Shown here: positions 18,394-27,030 of the stretch, in pieces
Layout of the letters: the number at the start of each line of letters is the position of its first letter
Position numbering within the stretch: position 1 is the stretch's first letter
Virus record (IMG/VR): IMGVR_UViG_3300021964_000015
Reading direction: 5' to 3' (one strand)
DNA from: a virus
Length of the DNA stretch: 64,000 nucleotides
Position numbers and translations under genes: made by a program
The notes under the pieces: generated by a model
What the model was told of the DNA's origin: nothing
The model's input: only the letters and a program-made list of their open reading frames with translations
Database searches by the model: none

Positions 18394-19803
18394 ATGACAA
18401 TTCAACAAGACGTAACAAAAACTTGGCATGAAGCCGTAATTGAACTTTTTGAAATTGACTTATCGTCAATCACTGGCTCAGCGGTAGATAAGTATTATTT
18501 CACGGCAAATTTAATGCCGGACAATAGCAAAATTTCATGGAAGGGGCAAACATACGAGCCCTTTCCCATTGAAGCATCCGGTTTTGAACGTACAACAAAG
18601 GGGCAAATTCCTACGCCTGAACTGACGGTGGCCAATGTGTTGGGCACACTGGCTTCAGTGGTTAATAATTTTGGTGATTTAGTTGGCGCAAAAGTAACAC
18701 GGCGTCGCACATTGTTTAAATATTTAGACAACAGTTCATCGCCTGATTCGACGCAGGAATTTCCTGATGATGAGTTTTACATTGAGCGAAAAGTTGCAGA
18801 ATCAAGCACCACTATTACATGGCAATTATCAAGCAAAATTGATTTAGAAGGACTGCAGCTTCCTCGTAGGATTATCACGCAGAATTATTGCCTATGGAAA
18901 TATCGCGGCGCGGAATGTGGTTATAACGGGCCTGGAGTGGCAAATGAAAATGACCAGCCCATTGTCATTGGTGGTGCCACTTCTCCTCAAGGACAAGCAT
19001 ACATTGATGCATATGATGCTTTTGATAGGGCAAGGTCAAAACTTGCCACTGCGGAAGCGAAAAAGAATAACCTGCTAAGCCAGAAAGAGGCTTTATGCGA
19101 TCCCGACACTGCTGATGTTGTTAATACTAGATTTGGTTTCAGGGCAGACGCAGACGGTGGTTATTCGTTTGTAATTGAGGATATTGGCGTTGCTATTTGG
19201 AAGAATAGCGCAGTTAGTATCACCGGAGATAAGCCTCTTTATCGCCCTGATTTAAAGCAAAAAACAGGAAGACTTCCTGGTAACGGCAAAAATGGAACAG
19301 GCCCCATCTATGCGGTCACCCAATACAGCCCCAATCCAAATAACCAATTTGGGCTGCCTCCAATTAAAACAAATCTTGGCGGGTCAGGTAATACGTTTGC
19401 GGTAAAGGGACTTGACGGTATTTTTATTATTGTTGTCAATGGTTCAGTAGTTTTTGATACTGTTGATTTTGGCAATGAAGATTTTTTTGGTTTTGAGGTG
19501 GGACCAAAAGTTTCCAATGGTTATGCGCCCATTAGAAGTATTGCAAAATTAACCTATGAAAAACTTTCTTGCGGAAATATTACTAATCAATACGACACCG
19601 CTGTGGAAAAATATGACGAAGCATTAGTGGAATACGACGCAGCATTAGCCGCTTTAAATGCGGCTTATGCTGCTTTGCCTGACAGTGATGAAGTGAGACT
19701 TAGAGATAAGTGTGGAAAGCGTTTGCAGAGTTGTAGGTTACGTTTTGGCGTGAAAGGAGCGCTGCCGTTTGGTGGATTTCCTGCCGCCAACTTAGTCCGA
19801 TGA
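18394..19803 (+). CDS. Tail tip protein (lambda gpL-like) with large insertion
   Basis: IELFEIDL, YEPFPIEASGFE, GAKVTRRRT, CLWKYRGAECGY ... DKCGKRLQSCRLRFG..LPFGGFP. Confidence 0.88.
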   Translation: MTIQQDVTKTWHEAVIELFEIDLSSITGSAVDKYYFTANLMPDNSKISWKGQTYEPFPIEASGFERTTKGQIPTPELTVANVLGTLASVVNNFGDLVGAKVTRRRTLFKYLDNSSSPDSTQEFPDDEFYIERKVAESSTTITWQLSSKIDLEGLQLPRRIITQNYCLWKYRGAECGYNGPGVANENDQPIVIGGATSPQGQAYIDAYDAFDRARSKLATAEAKKNNLLSQKEALCDPDTADVVNTRFGFRADADGGYSFVIEDIGVAIWKNSAVSITGDKPLYRPDLKQKTGRLPGNGKNGTGPIYAVTQYSPNPNNQFGLPPIKTNLGGSGNTFAVKGLDGIFIIVVNGSVVFDTVDFGNEDFFGFEVGPKVSNGYAPIRSIAKLTYEKLSCGNITNQYDTAVEKYDEALVEYDAALAALNAAYAALPDSDEVRLRDKCGKRLQSCRLRFGVKGALPFGGFPAANLVR

Positions 19804-20504
19804 TTAGCCTTTCGATTAAACAGCAAATTGCAGGAGAAGCCCAAAAAGCTTCTCCTGCGGAATGCTGCGGCTTTGTAGTGGATGGCCAGTTAGTACCTTG
19901 TTCAAACGTATCAGAGACACCGCTGACCACTTTCACCATTGCTGCTGAAGACTACGTGAGAGCGTCTGCAATGGGCGAGATTGAAGCCATTTACCATTCG
20001 CACGTAGATGGCGTGCGAGGCTTTTCACTGCCTGATGTGGCGGCTTGTAAGCAAAGTAATTTACCGTGGATTGTATTGCATGTGCCATCGGGAGATTTCT
20101 TCTACGCCAATCCATGTGGAGATGCTCCATATGAAGGGAGGCAATGGGTGTATGGCATTCATGATTGCTATGCAATTTTGAAAGATTTTTATGCAAGAGA
20201 ATTTAACGTTTTGCTTGATGATTTTGAAAGGGGAGAAGAACTTGAGTGGGAGAACAAAGGATGGACAATGTTTGTAGATAATTACGAAAAGCAAGGTTTT
20301 TATGAAGTGGAGTGTCCTGAAAAGAAAGGCGATTTTCTGTTGATGCAAATCAATGCACCATCATTGAATCATGCAGGAGTGATCGCAGGAGATGGCAATG
20401 GTTTTTACCACCATTTAATGGGGAGGCTGTCAGAAAAAAGTGTTTACGGGGGATATTGGGCTAAAGTAACATCTAAGGTGCTTCGTCATAGGGACGTAAA
20501 ATAA
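19800..20504 (+). CDS. Tail tip assembly protein (lambda gpK-like; JAB/MPN + NlpC/P60)
   Basis: ECCG, YHSH...S..D, DCYAIL, NHAG, YHH. Confidence 0.88.
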   Translation: MISLSIKQQIAGEAQKASPAECCGFVVDGQLVPCSNVSETPLTTFTIAAEDYVRASAMGEIEAIYHSHVDGVRGFSLPDVAACKQSNLPWIVLHVPSGDFFYANPCGDAPYEGRQWVYGIHDCYAILKDFYAREFNVLLDDFERGEELEWENKGWTMFVDNYEKQGFYEVECPEKKGDFLLMQINAPSLNHAGVIAGDGNGFYHHLMGRLSEKSVYGGYWAKVTSKVLRHRDVK

Positions 20505-21139
20505 TGCAGCGACGAATGGTCCAAGTTAAGCTTTTAGGCGAATTGGGGCGTCGTTTTGGTCGTTCATATGAATTCATGGCCAACAATCCAAGGGAGATCA
20601 TTTCGGCGCTGTCTAATCAATTGTCTGGGTTTAGGGAATATTTAAATATTGCCCATGAAAATAACATGGGCTTTAAGCTTATCAATGACAATGCGGAGGG
20701 AATGGACTATGAAGGCGTGATGATGAGCTGCGATAGGCTTGTGATTGCTCCTGTCATTGCAGGTGCTGGTGGCAATGTAGGAAAGATTTTAATTGGGGCA
20801 GCATTGATTGGCCTTGCTTTTGTGCCTGGAGTTGGAGCTTTTGCCGCAACAAGCAAGGCTGTATTGGAAGGCGCTGCAGTTGCAGGTTCTTTAACAAAAG
20901 TGGGTACTGTTCTATTTGGCATTGGCGTGAGCCTATCTTTAACTGGCATTGCAGGATTGCTCACTCCACCAGTAAAAACGCCAAGCAGCGATTCGGAAAA
21001 GAAAGATAGCTTTCTTTTTGATAGAGCTGTAGAGCTTACGACGCAAGGTGCTCCAATTCCCGTTCTTTATGGGCGTTATTTAGCAGTGGCTCCACTTACA
21101 ATTTCATCCTCCATTGGCACTGAAACAATTCCTGTTTGA
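20504..21139 (+). CDS. Tail tip assembly protein (lambda gpI-like)
   Basis: VKLLGELGRRFG, PVIAGAGG, QGAPIPVLYG. Confidence 0.88.
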   Translation: MQRRMVQVKLLGELGRRFGRSYEFMANNPREIISALSNQLSGFREYLNIAHENNMGFKLINDNAEGMDYEGVMMSCDRLVIAPVIAGAGGNVGKILIGAALIGLAFVPGVGAFAATSKAVLEGAAVAGSLTKVGTVLFGIGVSLSLTGIAGLLTPPVKTPSSDSEKKDSFLFDRAVELTTQGAPIPVLYGRYLAVAPLTISSSIGTETIPV

Positions 21140-21141
21140 TC

Positions 21142-23157
21142 ATGGAAGATAAGTATTTAACTGGCGGTCAAGACTGGGCAATTAAAGGTGCTGGTGGCAA
21201 AGGTGGTGGTGAAGTTCCCACTGAAGACCCTGATACGCTACGAAGCAAGGCAAAAGCAAGTGTGCTGGCGTTGTTTTGCGAAGGCCCCATTCAAGGATTT
21301 CCTGATGACTTCACCGACAAGGAGCGACAACAAAGAATCTTTTTGAATGAAACACCATTAGTAGACAAGCAAAATAAGGACAATTTTGAAGATGTAGTAA
21401 TACGATTCAAAAACGGCACTCAAGAACAAAGTTCAGTTGCTGGTTTTAATGACGTAAGGATTGAGCAAACCGTTGGCACCAAGGTGTCAAAAGGCGTTGG
21501 CCCTATTTCTGTGACAACGATTAGCTCAGACCTTGACCGTATCAATGTAAGAATTGGTGTGGCATCGCTGTTTATTGTTGAAGAAGAAGGCGATGTAAAG
21601 GGAACAAAGGTTGAATTTAATATTCGCATCACTGATAATGCTGGCTTAGTAATTATTAACAAAGACGAAAAGATTAAAGGGAAAAGTCGTGGGCCTTATG
21701 ACGTTGAATTTAATTATGCATTAACTGGTACTGGTCCATGGACTGTAAGAGTAAAACGACTCACTCGCGATCCGAGAGACTTAAAAGAAAACAACGATTT
21801 ATTCTTCAAGGCAATTGTTGGCATCATTGAAGACACATTGCGCTATCCCAACTCTGCATTGCTGGGGCTGAAAGTTTCTTCTGAATTCTTCCAAAGCGTA
21901 CCTTCGATTTCAGCTGAATTACTGGGGCTAAAGATTAAGGTGCCGGTTAATTATGATCGCGGCTCTAATACTTACACTGGCGTGTGGAACGGTCAGTTTA
22001 AAACTGAATTTAGCAACAATCCAGCATGGGTGTTTTATGACATGCTGACTAACTCTCGTTATGGATGTGGTGCTGACCTTGATGCAACAACACAGGCTGC
22101 AGTGAATTCATTTGGCATCACGAAAGACGATATTGACATTTATTCTCTCCTTTCCATTGCAAAATACTGCGATGAAATGGTGCCTGATGGCAGGGGTGGA
22201 ATGGAAAAGCGCTTCACTTTTAATGCCTACATCAACAATCGTGGTGACGCCTATCAAGTGTTGAATTCAATTGCCGCGTCTTTTCGCGGCATGATTTATT
22301 ATGCCCAAGGATTGATTGTTCCCACGCAAGACAGGCCAGGAAATGTTGTAAAACAGTTCTCCCCCGCCAATGTAATTGTTGACATTAGTGGCGAAGGAGA
22401 GCTTATTAAGCCTCCTTTTGTTTACGAAGGAAGTGGACTAAAAGCTCGCAAGACAGTTGCATTGGTGTCATGGAACGATAGAAAGGATAACTACAGAAGC
22501 AAGATTGAATATGTGGAAGATAGAGAAGCAATTGATCGCTATGGCTATCGAGAGTTGGAGGTGAGGGCTTTGGGCTGCACTTCACAAGGGCAAGCCCAAA
22601 GAGTGGGACGCTGGGCCTTGTTGACCAATTTAAACGAAACGGAAACAGTGAGCTTTAGCGTGGCAGCAGAAGGATTTTTCTTAATGCCAGGCGAGATTAT
22701 TGAAATTGTTGATCCCAATAAAACCACTGGAATTTACGCTGGCATTGTTAGTGCATTGGGAGCAAGTGCAGTTGTCTTAGACAGAGAAGTTGCATTGGAA
22801 GTGGGCAAAACTTATTCAATTACCATTCGATCTGGAGATGCAATTGATTTCACTGCAACAGTAACAACTGGCCCTGGTTCAACAAATAACATTTCATTCT
22901 CTCCATCGTTCACTGAAGTGCCTGATCCACCAGCTGCATGGATCATTCGAGAAGCTACGGCGCAGCCCAGAAAGTATAGGGTTATTGGCGTTAATGAAAA
23001 CGATAATACTGTTGACGTGTTGGCGTCGTTTTACTATGAAAGCAAGTTCCAGGAAACTGATAATGCCACGTTATTGTCGCCAGAAATCACGTCAATCGCT
23101 GGCTTAACCGTCACACCAGTAGTTAGTGCTGGCAGCATTGTATTGCAATCAACGTAA
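21142..23157 (+). CDS. Central tail tip protein (lambda gpJ/TipJ-like, short)
   Basis: GAGGKGG, CEGPIQG, LRYPNSAL, NNPAWVFYDMLTN.RYG, GCTSQGQAQRVGRW. Confidence 0.88.
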   Translation: MEDKYLTGGQDWAIKGAGGKGGGEVPTEDPDTLRSKAKASVLALFCEGPIQGFPDDFTDKERQQRIFLNETPLVDKQNKDNFEDVVIRFKNGTQEQSSVAGFNDVRIEQTVGTKVSKGVGPISVTTISSDLDRINVRIGVASLFIVEEEGDVKGTKVEFNIRITDNAGLVIINKDEKIKGKSRGPYDVEFNYALTGTGPWTVRVKRLTRDPRDLKENNDLFFKAIVGIIEDTLRYPNSALLGLKVSSEFFQSVPSISAELLGLKIKVPVNYDRGSNTYTGVWNGQFKTEFSNNPAWVFYDMLTNSRYGCGADLDATTQAAVNSFGITKDDIDIYSLLSIAKYCDEMVPDGRGGMEKRFTFNAYINNRGDAYQVLNSIAASFRGMIYYAQGLIVPTQDRPGNVVKQFSPANVIVDISGEGELIKPPFVYEGSGLKARKTVALVSWNDRKDNYRSKIEYVEDREAIDRYGYRELEVRALGCTSQGQAQRVGRWALLTNLNETETVSFSVAAEGFFLMPGEIIEIVDPNKTTGIYAGIVSALGASAVVLDREVALEVGKTYSITIRSGDAIDFTATVTTGPGSTNNISFSPSFTEVPDPPAAWIIREATAQPRKYRVIGVNENDNTVDVLASFYYESKFQETDNATLLSPEITSIAGLTVTPVVSAGSIVLQST

Positions 23158-23552
23158 TGGCACAGCTTGAAATCTCCTGGGACTATCCGCAGTTCAGTGG
23201 CTATTCAATTCTGAATGCCATTAACCCTGCCATTTGTTGGCAAGAGCCAATTAATAATCCTCTTATTAAAGAATTTAAAGTGGAGCTTTATAGAGAAGAG
23301 GAGGATGAATGGGTTGATTTAGGGGCAACAACAGCAGACTATGTAAGGATTGACGCAGCTGACTACGATGTATCAACTTCTTATCAGATTAGGATTGCTA
23401 CAATGGGCGTAAATAGGCGTCAATCACCTTGGATTTATGGTCAAAGGTTTATTGCGTCTCCATTACGCTTTGATTTCACGACATCTGACACTGTTAGGAT
23501 TCCTGACGGTCAATCCAAATTGAACCAGCGTTTGCTGTTCCTACTTTTTTAA
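23157..23552 (+). CDS. Fibronectin III-like tail tip protein
   Basis: LEISWDYP...FKVELYR...W...YQIRI...GVN.RQSPW; TAATG-coupled to J. Confidence 0.5.
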   Translation: MAQLEISWDYPQFSGYSILNAINPAICWQEPINNPLIKEFKVELYREEEDEWVDLGATTADYVRIDAADYDVSTSYQIRIATMGVNRRQSPWIYGQRFIASPLRFDFTTSDTVRIPDGQSKLNQRLLFLLF

Positions 23553-23554
23553 TC

Positions 23555-23959
23555 ATGGCCCTATTTGGTTTAGACGCTGCAGGAAATTCCGCTTACGTGC
23601 AGGCAGTGGGAAGTGGCGCGGAAGACACTCCATATATTCTTCAACATGATTTGCTACCTTCTGGCATCAAAAGCGCATGGGTGGCGAGCACTACTGATGC
23701 TGTGGTTGTTTCTGGCGTCACAGACAAGACTGTACGAGTGTTGAATTTGGTTGTCACTGCAACGACGGGTGGCACTGTTCAATTCCGCAGCGGAGCATCT
23801 GGCACCACTCTTACGCCTCCATTTCCAGTGACATCATCTGGCCAGCTTGTTTTGAGCAATGCAATGGGCATTATTGAGACAACAGTAGGAGAAGCATTGC
23901 AAACCGTTGTGAGTAGTGGCATTGATTACCAAGCATTTGTCACCTATCGCGAGGTGTAA
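23555..23959 (+). CDS. Putative virion protein (beta-rich, Ser-Gly rich)
   Basis: Tightly packed ORF; composition. Confidence 0.55.
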   Translation: MALFGLDAAGNSAYVQAVGSGAEDTPYILQHDLLPSGIKSAWVASTTDAVVVSGVTDKTVRVLNLVVTATTGGTVQFRSGASGTTLTPPFPVTSSGQLVLSNAMGIIETTVGEALQTVVSSGIDYQAFVTYREV

Positions 23960-23962
23960 ATT

Positions 23963-24787
23963 ATGGTACGCATTGTTGGCCAATTAGATGGATCAAATGG
24001 TCCATTAAATGGTCGTTTGTACGTCAAAGCTGGCGGCGCCTTTATTGGCGCCCCAGCAAAAGAATTAGTTTTCAAGATTGAAGATGGTGCTGTAGACATC
24101 GAACTACCGCCTTGTCCACCATCGCTTCCTTATGTTGTTGACTGGCGTGACATTGGTGACACCAGGAAGCTTTCATATTTAGAGCGATGGAGAGTGCCTG
24201 CCGTTGATGAGCTGCCATTGGATGAAGCTCGTGGTATTGCATTTAAGGGGCAAAAGAAACTAAGGAACATCAATCGTGGTGAGCTTATTGAAGCGACGAT
24301 GCTAAAAGGAGAAGTGCAAAAGCTTCAAGATAAGCTGGTTGAAAGAGAGATTGAATATCAAAATGTTGCACGTAGGTTAAAAGAAGCAGAAGGGAGTATT
24401 GCTGCTGCACAAGGTCAGGCTGCAATGCTTTCTGCGGAATGCACACTACTTCAGCAACGTGCCTCAAAGCACGTTGCGACGAAAGTAATTGAAAAAGAAA
24501 AGATTGTAGAGCGCTATATTCCTGATGAAATGCAGCGTCAGCAAGTTGCGTTTTATAAAGAAAAAATTGCGCTTTTGGAAATGCGCAACAGTGAACTGGA
24601 AGCAAGTGCTGGCAATGCAATTGCTACCAACACTTATTTTGCAAACCTTAATAAAGAGATTGATAGACTGAAAAGTGAAAAGCAGCAACTTCTTGCTCGC
24701 ATTGAAGAACTAAAACAGCCCTCTCGTAGCACTTCTGCATTACGAGCTGAGGCGATTGCAAATCTTGACAAACTTGCCAGCATCTAA
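23963..24787 (+). CDS. Hypothetical coiled-coil protein
   Basis: E/K/Q-rich heptads in the C-terminal half. Confidence 0.6.
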   Translation: MVRIVGQLDGSNGPLNGRLYVKAGGAFIGAPAKELVFKIEDGAVDIELPPCPPSLPYVVDWRDIGDTRKLSYLERWRVPAVDELPLDEARGIAFKGQKKLRNINRGELIEATMLKGEVQKLQDKLVEREIEYQNVARRLKEAEGSIAAAQGQAAMLSAECTLLQQRASKHVATKVIEKEKIVERYIPDEMQRQQVAFYKEKIALLEMRNSELEASAGNAIATNTYFANLNKEIDRLKSEKQQLLARIEELKQPSRSTSALRAEAIANLDKLASI

Positions 24788-25464
24788 TGGAAAGCATTAA
24801 CGTTACAGTTCGCGAGGGAGACAGCTTTGACGAGTTGTATCTTGCATTCCAGAAGCCAGTTGGTTCGCCTCGTGATTTTGGCAATTCAGAGCTGTTAGCT
24901 CAAATCAAAGAAACTTTTGGTGGCACTGTTGTCGATACGTTCGGCATTACCAAACTGAACACCACGGGACACTTAAAGCTGGCCCTTACTGCAAGCCAAA
25001 CTGAAACGCTGCGTCGTAATATTGCCACTGGTTACACCGAACGTGGCATCACTTATGACGTGGGAAGGCAAGCGGCGGATCCTGCTGATATTGGTGCATT
25101 GTATCTGTGGGACTTGAAAGAACTTTATTACGTGCAAGAAGGAAATGGCATCACTTCTATCACGCAAGGCACGCTTGTTGATGATATTTTGCAAACTTAT
25201 CGTTTTAGGGTGACGACAAGCGGCAATCATAATTTATCTTCCACTGACATTGTTCGTATAACCGGAGCAAGCGTTTCAGGCTACAATGCCACTTATAGTG
25301 CTAATACATTGAACATCATTTCCAATACAGTATTTGAAGTGATTCCAGTGGGCGGCACTCCACTGTTTAGTTCTGTTTCTTCCGGCGGCACTCTAAATGT
25401 GTTGAAAGAGGATACGATTGTATTAGGAACATTGCAGGTGAAACCCCGCATTACATCGCTTTAA
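24787..25464 (+). CDS. Putative fibre adaptor/baseplate-upper-like virion protein
   Basis: INVTVREGDSF...LKLALTASQT...YLWDL...GTLQVKPRIT. Confidence 0.5.
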   Translation: MESINVTVREGDSFDELYLAFQKPVGSPRDFGNSELLAQIKETFGGTVVDTFGITKLNTTGHLKLALTASQTETLRRNIATGYTERGITYDVGRQAADPADIGALYLWDLKELYYVQEGNGITSITQGTLVDDILQTYRFRVTTSGNHNLSSTDIVRITGASVSGYNATYSANTLNIISNTVFEVIPVGGTPLFSSVSSGGTLNVLKEDTIVLGTLQVKPRITSL

Positions 25465-25470
25465 TGAAAA

Positions 25471-27021
25471 ATGCCTGACATTGAAGAAGGTCAACAGGTA
25501 GTAACGGTTGGTAGGTCAGAGCCGATTCAGGCTGGACAAGCCACAATGGCAGCTTCACTGCCAGTTGTTATTGCCAGTGACCAAACTCCAGTTCCTATTC
25601 TTGACAATCTGAGTGCACCATCTGAGGTGCATGATGATTTGCTTGGCAATCCACGGGTGCAAACAAGTTTGCAGCTTTGGGACAGCACTAACATTCTTGC
25701 CATTGATCCAAAAGCCTGGAAGCTGACGTTTGATGAAACTGGTACGCCAGACAATTCAAGCGTTACTCACCTTCCGCAAGAAAGTGGTGCGCAGCTTTTA
25801 ATTAATACGAATGCGCCTAATAGCACCATTGCGCGGATGCAAAGTCGTCTGGTGTTTCCTTATCAAACGGGGCGCATCACTGATGCAAGTTTTGGCATTA
25901 GCTTGCTTCGGGACAATAATGTGACCATTGAAGCTGGCATCTTTGATGGCAACAATGGTTATATTATTCGCATTATTGGCGACGATTTGTATTTTGTTCG
26001 TCGTACAAATTCTGGCGAAAGCCCTCAGAACAATGGCGCTCCCATTGGTAGTACTGATTTCACAATTAACGATCCCACAAGCCTTTATAACAACCATCGT
26101 TATCGCGTGCTGCCTGATGATCCTTCCGTGATGGAGGAGATTGTCCCGCGTTCTGCATTTAACGGTGACAAACTTGATGGACAGGGCTCTAGCGTCCATA
26201 CGCTGAGCTTGTCGAAGGTGACGATGTTCCGCATCCTAATGGGCTGGTATGGCGGCTCTGCGGCGCGTCTGATGGCTTATGTGCCGGTGGATGAGAATCT
26301 CCCTGCTGGCGCTACTGCACGCAATGCACGATGGGTGACCATTCATCAAATTAACACTTGCGATAGGCTGCCTTTCCCAAGTCTTGGCAATCCCAATTTG
26401 CCAATGACGTTCCAGCTTACCAAAACTGGAAACATTGCTCAGGCATGTTTCTTGAAGGTGTATGGAACCAAGGCCGAAATTGATGGTGGCGACGCGAGTA
26501 AGTATGACATTTATTCGCAAGAAAGCGATGCAGTAGTGATTGACCCTGGTCTCATCCGTCCATTGTTGACCATTCGCTGCAAGGAAAACATTACAAACGA
26601 TGATGGCAATAGCAAGCAAAATATCTTGCGGGCTGTTCCGTTGATGGCTAATTTGTCATCGCAATATCGAACCAAGTTTGCTTTGATTAAAAATCCAAGT
26701 GGCTTGGCTATTAGTGGAGCAATTGTTGATCCAGCAACTGCTTCTGGCGTGTTTACTTCTACGGCATCTCTTTCTGCCATTGAATACAATACAACTGCTA
26801 CTGGTGTGACTGGTGGTGAGCCTGTTGCTACGTTCTTTACGGGCGATGATGACGGTCAAAACATTTTGCTGGATGAGATTTTCCGTTACAACCGTGAATT
26901 CCTCACTCGTCCAATTTCCAATGAAGCTGGAAGCAGCGGCGACATTCTTGTGTTGACTGCTCAAAGCGTTGCAGACAGCGGCAATACAGTTGCTGGTTCT
27001 ATTACTTGGGGCGAACGCTAA
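25471..27021 (+). CDS. Cyanophage-type virion structural protein (paralog 1)
   Basis: F.YQTGR, VPRSAFNGDKLDG.GSS, GWYGGSAAR, PSLGNP.LP. Confidence 0.65.
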   Translation: MPDIEEGQQVVTVGRSEPIQAGQATMAASLPVVIASDQTPVPILDNLSAPSEVHDDLLGNPRVQTSLQLWDSTNILAIDPKAWKLTFDETGTPDNSSVTHLPQESGAQLLINTNAPNSTIARMQSRLVFPYQTGRITDASFGISLLRDNNVTIEAGIFDGNNGYIIRIIGDDLYFVRRTNSGESPQNNGAPIGSTDFTINDPTSLYNNHRYRVLPDDPSVMEEIVPRSAFNGDKLDGQGSSVHTLSLSKVTMFRILMGWYGGSAARLMAYVPVDENLPAGATARNARWVTIHQINTCDRLPFPSLGNPNLPMTFQLTKTGNIAQACFLKVYGTKAEIDGGDASKYDIYSQESDAVVIDPGLIRPLLTIRCKENITNDDGNSKQNILRAVPLMANLSSQYRTKFALIKNPSGLAISGAIVDPATASGVFTSTASLSAIEYNTTATGVTGGEPVATFFTGDDDGQNILLDEIFRYNREFLTRPISNEAGSSGDILVLTAQSVADSGNTVAGSITWGER

Positions 27022-27030
27022 TTAACGATT

